Position numbers and translations under genes: made by a program
The notes under the pieces: generated by a model
What the model saw: only the letters and a program-made list of their open reading frames with translations
What the model was told of the DNA's origin: nothing
The model's database searches: none
In this document: in pieces, positions 61,277 to 64,000 of the stretch
Layout of the letters: every line of letters starts with the position of its first letter
Position numbering within the stretch: the stretch's first letter is position 1
Assembly (NCBI GenBank): GCA_019057865.1
Contig: JAHLWP010000007.1
Span: forward strand, 64,001-128,000
Source: Promethearchaeota archaeon
Lineage (GTDB): Archaea; Asgardarchaeota; Lokiarchaeia; Sigyniarchaeales; SOKP01
DNA: 64,000 bases
Direction of reading: 5' to 3'

Positions 61277-61573
61277 TTAATTTCTATTTCCATTTGCTTT
61301 TTTATTTAAATGGCTTTCTTCATAATTTCCTCTGACAAGTAAATAAACTAATAACCCTAATACATTAAAAATTAAGGATATTATTAGCCACACTTCAGAA
61401 TTGCCAATTCCTCTCCTAATGGCATCTTTATGGACATAATAGGCAATTGTAACACTAAATATGATATAAAGACTTATTCCTAATACCATAACGAGCCATA
61501 GATAGGGACCAAATATACTATACCACCAATCCATCATGTGAAAATCTCCATCATGAAAGCTATCGAAAATCAT
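61277..61573 (-). CDS. Small membrane protein (PLDc_N-like) with His/Met-rich N-terminus
   Basis: HDGDFHMMDWW; YVHKDA..RG...WLII..IFNVLGLLVYLLVR. Confidence 0.75.
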   Translation of the reverse strand: MIFDSFHDGDFHMMDWWYSIFGPYLWLVMVLGISLYIIFSVTIAYYVHKDAIRRGIGNSEVWLIISLIFNVLGLLVYLLVRGNYEESHLNKKANGNRN

Positions 61574-61613
61574 TTTACCACCTATTTTAACAAGTTTTAT
61601 TAAAGTATTATCT

Positions 61614-61644
61614 TAAGATATATATGTAAAAGTATGTATTTAAA
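61614..61644 (-). promoter_or_regulatory. TATA box plus conserved downstream motif (copy 1)
   Basis: 26/31 identity to 63012-63042; minus strand reads TTTAAATA-CATACTTTTACATATATATCTTA, 40 nt upstream of the 61573 start. Confidence 0.5.
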
Positions 61645-61960
61645 AATTATTATTATAAAATATATATAATTAGAAAATTCTATGTAAGTGTATTTATTTT
61701 TATAGAGCTAATATTTAATTTTTTAAAAGGAGGATAAATGTGAATAGTTATTTAAGATTATAACCTAAGGAGTATGAATCATATTAAGTATAATGTTAAT
61801 TTATAGAAAGAGTCTTTTTTTTTTTAAAAATATATAGATTAAAGTATTATTTCAATTACAATTTATTTCTACTAATTGATTTGACAATATTAATTTATAT
61901 TTCTGTATTTATGGATTTTTTACATATTATGGGATTCTTATTTTTCTAATTTCACCACAA

Positions 61961-62044
61961 CTACAGATCTACTGCTTCTAATCCTTCTCGAAATGCTAAA
62001 AATGTTGGAATTAAAAAATCCACAAATGAACCTTGTAAAATCAT
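61961..62044 (-). pseudogene. N-terminal remnant of an FTR1/EfeU iron permease
   Basis: MILQGSFVDFLIPTFLAFREGLEAVDL*; the REGLE (RExxE) motif is followed by a stop. Confidence 0.65.
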
Positions 62045-62066
62045 ATTAGTTTTCTTTTTTTTAATG

Positions 62067-62276
62067 TTAATTGATTTTATAATTACGTACTTTTTTACTG
62101 CAGATTGGACATTTATAATAATAGGTCTTATATTTTCTTTTTCTTCCCATAACTGTCTCTGTATTTATGATTCTTTCTTTCACACATTTCAAGTGGAAAT
62201 TATTAATACAATCTGGGCATTGGAAAATTTGATCTTCTTCGCCTATAAATTTATCATAATATTTGCATTTATGCAT
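62067..62276 (-). CDS. Stand-alone RINGv/PHD-like (C4HC3) finger with second Cys replaced by Tyr
   Basis: CKYY...CPDC-x4-HLKC...CPIC. Confidence 0.6.
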   Translation of the reverse strand: MHKCKYYDKFIGEEDQIFQCPDCINNFHLKCVKERIINTETVMGRKRKYKTYYYKCPICSKKVRNYKIN

Positions 62277-62295
62277 AGTTAATTCAAATTTTAGA

Positions 62296-62976
62296 CTATT
62301 TTGGCTTAGATATTATTACTCGTATAATTCCAGCAGGATCAAGGGACCATTCATGAATTACACTAAATCCTGCTCTTTCAAGGTTGTTTAATGTGTTTCT
62401 AGTGAGGTGAAATCCCCGCATATTAGCTGTTATTGGATCAAATGCTCTCATGAAGATGTTTAATAATTTGGAATTGCTTATTCCATGCTCAATTTGAACA
62501 AATTTCCCTGATGATTTCAATACCTTAGCTATTTCTTGAAGACCTTTTAATGGATCAGGAACTGAACAAAAAACACAAGTAGAAGTTATGAAGTCAAAAG
62601 AATTTGGTTCAAAATAATTATTTAATTTTTGAATATCCCCTATAACAAAGTTTTTAATATTATGAAGCTCTAATCTTTTTACTTTCATTTTAGTTTGACG
62701 GATCATCTGTGGGCTCCAATCAAAAACAGTAATATTTGCAGAAGGATGGTAGTATTTTAAATTTTCTCCAGTTCCTACACCAACTTCGAGTATTTTTCCT
62801 CTTAATAATGAAAAAATAGTTCTTCCTTTCGAAAATAAACGCTCCATAAGTGAATTCATTATATCATAAGTAGGAGCTTGTCTATCATATATTTCTAATA
62901 TGGGATCTATATCTGACATTGTTTTGAAACCTCTAAAAAGTTTATTCTTAGTTTTATTTGAGACATTTTTCCGCAA
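62296..62976 (-). CDS. Class I SAM-dependent methyltransferase (PmtA/UbiE-like); real start may be ATG 62919
   Basis: ILEVGVGTG, FDWSPQM, FCSVPDP, IEH. Confidence 0.88.
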   Translation of the reverse strand: MRKNVSNKTKNKLFRGFKTMSDIDPILEIYDRQAPTYDIMNSLMERLFSKGRTIFSLLRGKILEVGVGTGENLKYYHPSANITVFDWSPQMIRQTKMKVKRLELHNIKNFVIGDIQKLNNYFEPNSFDFITSTCVFCSVPDPLKGLQEIAKVLKSSGKFVQIEHGISNSKLLNIFMRAFDPITANMRGFHLTRNTLNNLERAGFSVIHEWSLDPAGIIRVIISKPK

Positions 62977-63011
62977 CCTGATTTTTAAGATAGTCTAAAA
63001 ATTTATTACTC

Positions 63012-63042
63012 TAAAATATATATGAATAAGTATATATATAAA
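63012..63042 (-). promoter_or_regulatory. TATA box plus conserved downstream motif (copy 2)
   Basis: Minus strand reads TTTATATA-TATACTTATTCATATATATTTTA, upstream of the methyltransferase gene. Confidence 0.5.
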
Positions 63043-63068
63043 TGTATATATTATAATTTTATAGTTAT

Positions 63069-63236
63069 TTATAAAATTCTAATTGGGGCAGATTCTTTAT
63101 CATCATGCTTTATTGTTTTTACAATGGTGTAATTATCAATTTTAGGATCAAAGTTAAAATATTTTTCACATACCTTACAGTATAATCTTTTATTTTTTGG
63201 AATTAATATATTATCACAATATGGGCAGAATCTCAT
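63069..63236 (-). CDS. TFS/RpoM(Rpb9)-like N-terminal Zn ribbon only, 55 aa (not in ORF track)
   Basis: MRFCPYCDNILIPKNKRLYCKVCEKYFNFDPKIDNYTIVKTIKHDDKESAPIRIL. Confidence 0.7.
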   Translation of the reverse strand: MRFCPYCDNILIPKNKRLYCKVCEKYFNFDPKIDNYTIVKTIKHDDKESAPIRIL

Positions 63237-63313
63237 AATTTCCCTTTATAAAATATAATTATATTCTCTATTTGTATATATTTTTAGACAATGTTTTAAG
63301 AAAATTTTGAAAG

Positions 63314-63871
63314 TTAAATAAAGCGCCTAACTTTTTTACGATATTTATTATACTCATCTTTGAACTGTTCTTTTAACCATGGTTCTTCTGTAAACGGAGT
63401 AAGAAAATTCCACAAAATTCCTAAAATGCCTGTAATCAAAGTTAAAAAGGAATTAGCTAGTATTATCAATCCGGCAAATAATAAAATATCGGCTAAATAT
63501 TGGGGATTTCTTGAATATTTATAGGGCCCATCTGTGACTAATTTCCCTTTTAACCCGAGGGTCAAGTGAATACTTAAAGTTCTTACTCCCCAGATCGCAA
63601 AAAATAATCCCACAACTATTAATGATAACCCAATTGGGTACCGAGACCAATGTAATAAAATAAAATTATCCCAATCCAAAATACTTAATGTAATTGTTCC
63701 TAAGAAAGAAATTATTGATACAATCCATGATATCCAAAATTGCCATGAATCTTTGTTTGGTGGAGGCCATATCCTATATTTTGGTTTGATTATTGTGAAA
63801 ATAAGCCCTCCCACAAGTAATATATCTGCAATAACAGTCATAATAAATATTAAAATTGTTAAAGATCCCAT
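63314..63871 (-). CDS. ICMT/PEMT (Ste14-like) integral membrane methyltransferase
   Basis: LVTDGPYKYSRNPQYL...EEPWL..F..Y..Y.KKVRRFI. Confidence 0.9.
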   Translation of the reverse strand: MGSLTILIFIMTVIADILLVGGLIFTIIKPKYRIWPPPNKDSWQFWISWIVSIISFLGTITLSILDWDNFILLHWSRYPIGLSLIVVGLFFAIWGVRTLSIHLTLGLKGKLVTDGPYKYSRNPQYLADILLFAGLIILANSFLTLITGILGILWNFLTPFTEEPWLKEQFKDEYNKYRKKVRRFI

Positions 63872-64000
63872 AATTCTTACACCCCCTTATTTTAAACCTA
63901 TTTTTTTAATAAATGATATATTTTTCCATTCTTTCTTCAAGTTCTCTTCACTTAACCTGTTAAATCACTAAGATAATAATAAATCCCCTAAAGGAATATC

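Noticed and set aside
2130-62298. Genome-wide TAG-to-pyrrolysine reassignment
   Set aside because: About eight genes end in TAG, mostly at natural-looking C-termini with another stop soon after, and no pyl genes are in the window.
510-63971. Numerous antisense ORFs in the track (e.g. 510..806, 2439..2696, 10100..10453, 24619..24807, 27198..27545, 38702..39049, 52670..53185, 58416..58736)
   Set aside because: They are shadows of well-supported genes on the opposite strand and carry no motifs.

Overview
Very AT-rich archaeal chromosomal segment with no rRNA, tRNA, CRISPR or intact transposase visible. The gene content is typical of an Asgard archaeon, probably Lokiarchaeia/Promethearchaeota (inference). 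It includes a Rab-like GTPase, a gelsolin-domain protein, a tandem Roadblock protein, a longin-like protein, RING/PHD-like fingers, a LURP1/scramblase-like protein and three Rpn11/CSN5-like MPN proteins. Metabolic genes include an HdrA-MvhD fusion, HdrBC, a class I FBP aldolase, a PiT transporter, HisJ and a ChlI/D-like AAA+/vWA protein. The most striking feature is the MPN cluster at 43.9-48.7 kb. There, a JAMM-intact MPN-coiled-coil gene abuts a paralog with a broken JAMM motif, resembling eukaryotic MPN+/MPN- pairs (Rpn11/Rpn8, CSN5/CSN6, BRCC36/Abraxas); a third, JAMM-intact MPN gene is divergent. Other notable items: a tandem pair of vWA-RING/PHD-Zn-ribbon proteins; a copper/metal region (53.5-64 kb) in which CopA ends in a 55-aa Cys/His module with its own RBS and ATG, plus a free-standing paralog next door; a collapsed DUF39/ferredoxin homocysteine-synthesis pseudogene; several gene remnants; a shared promoter motif; and a nested inverted-repeat element. 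All family assignments come from motif recognition by eye, not from database searches.
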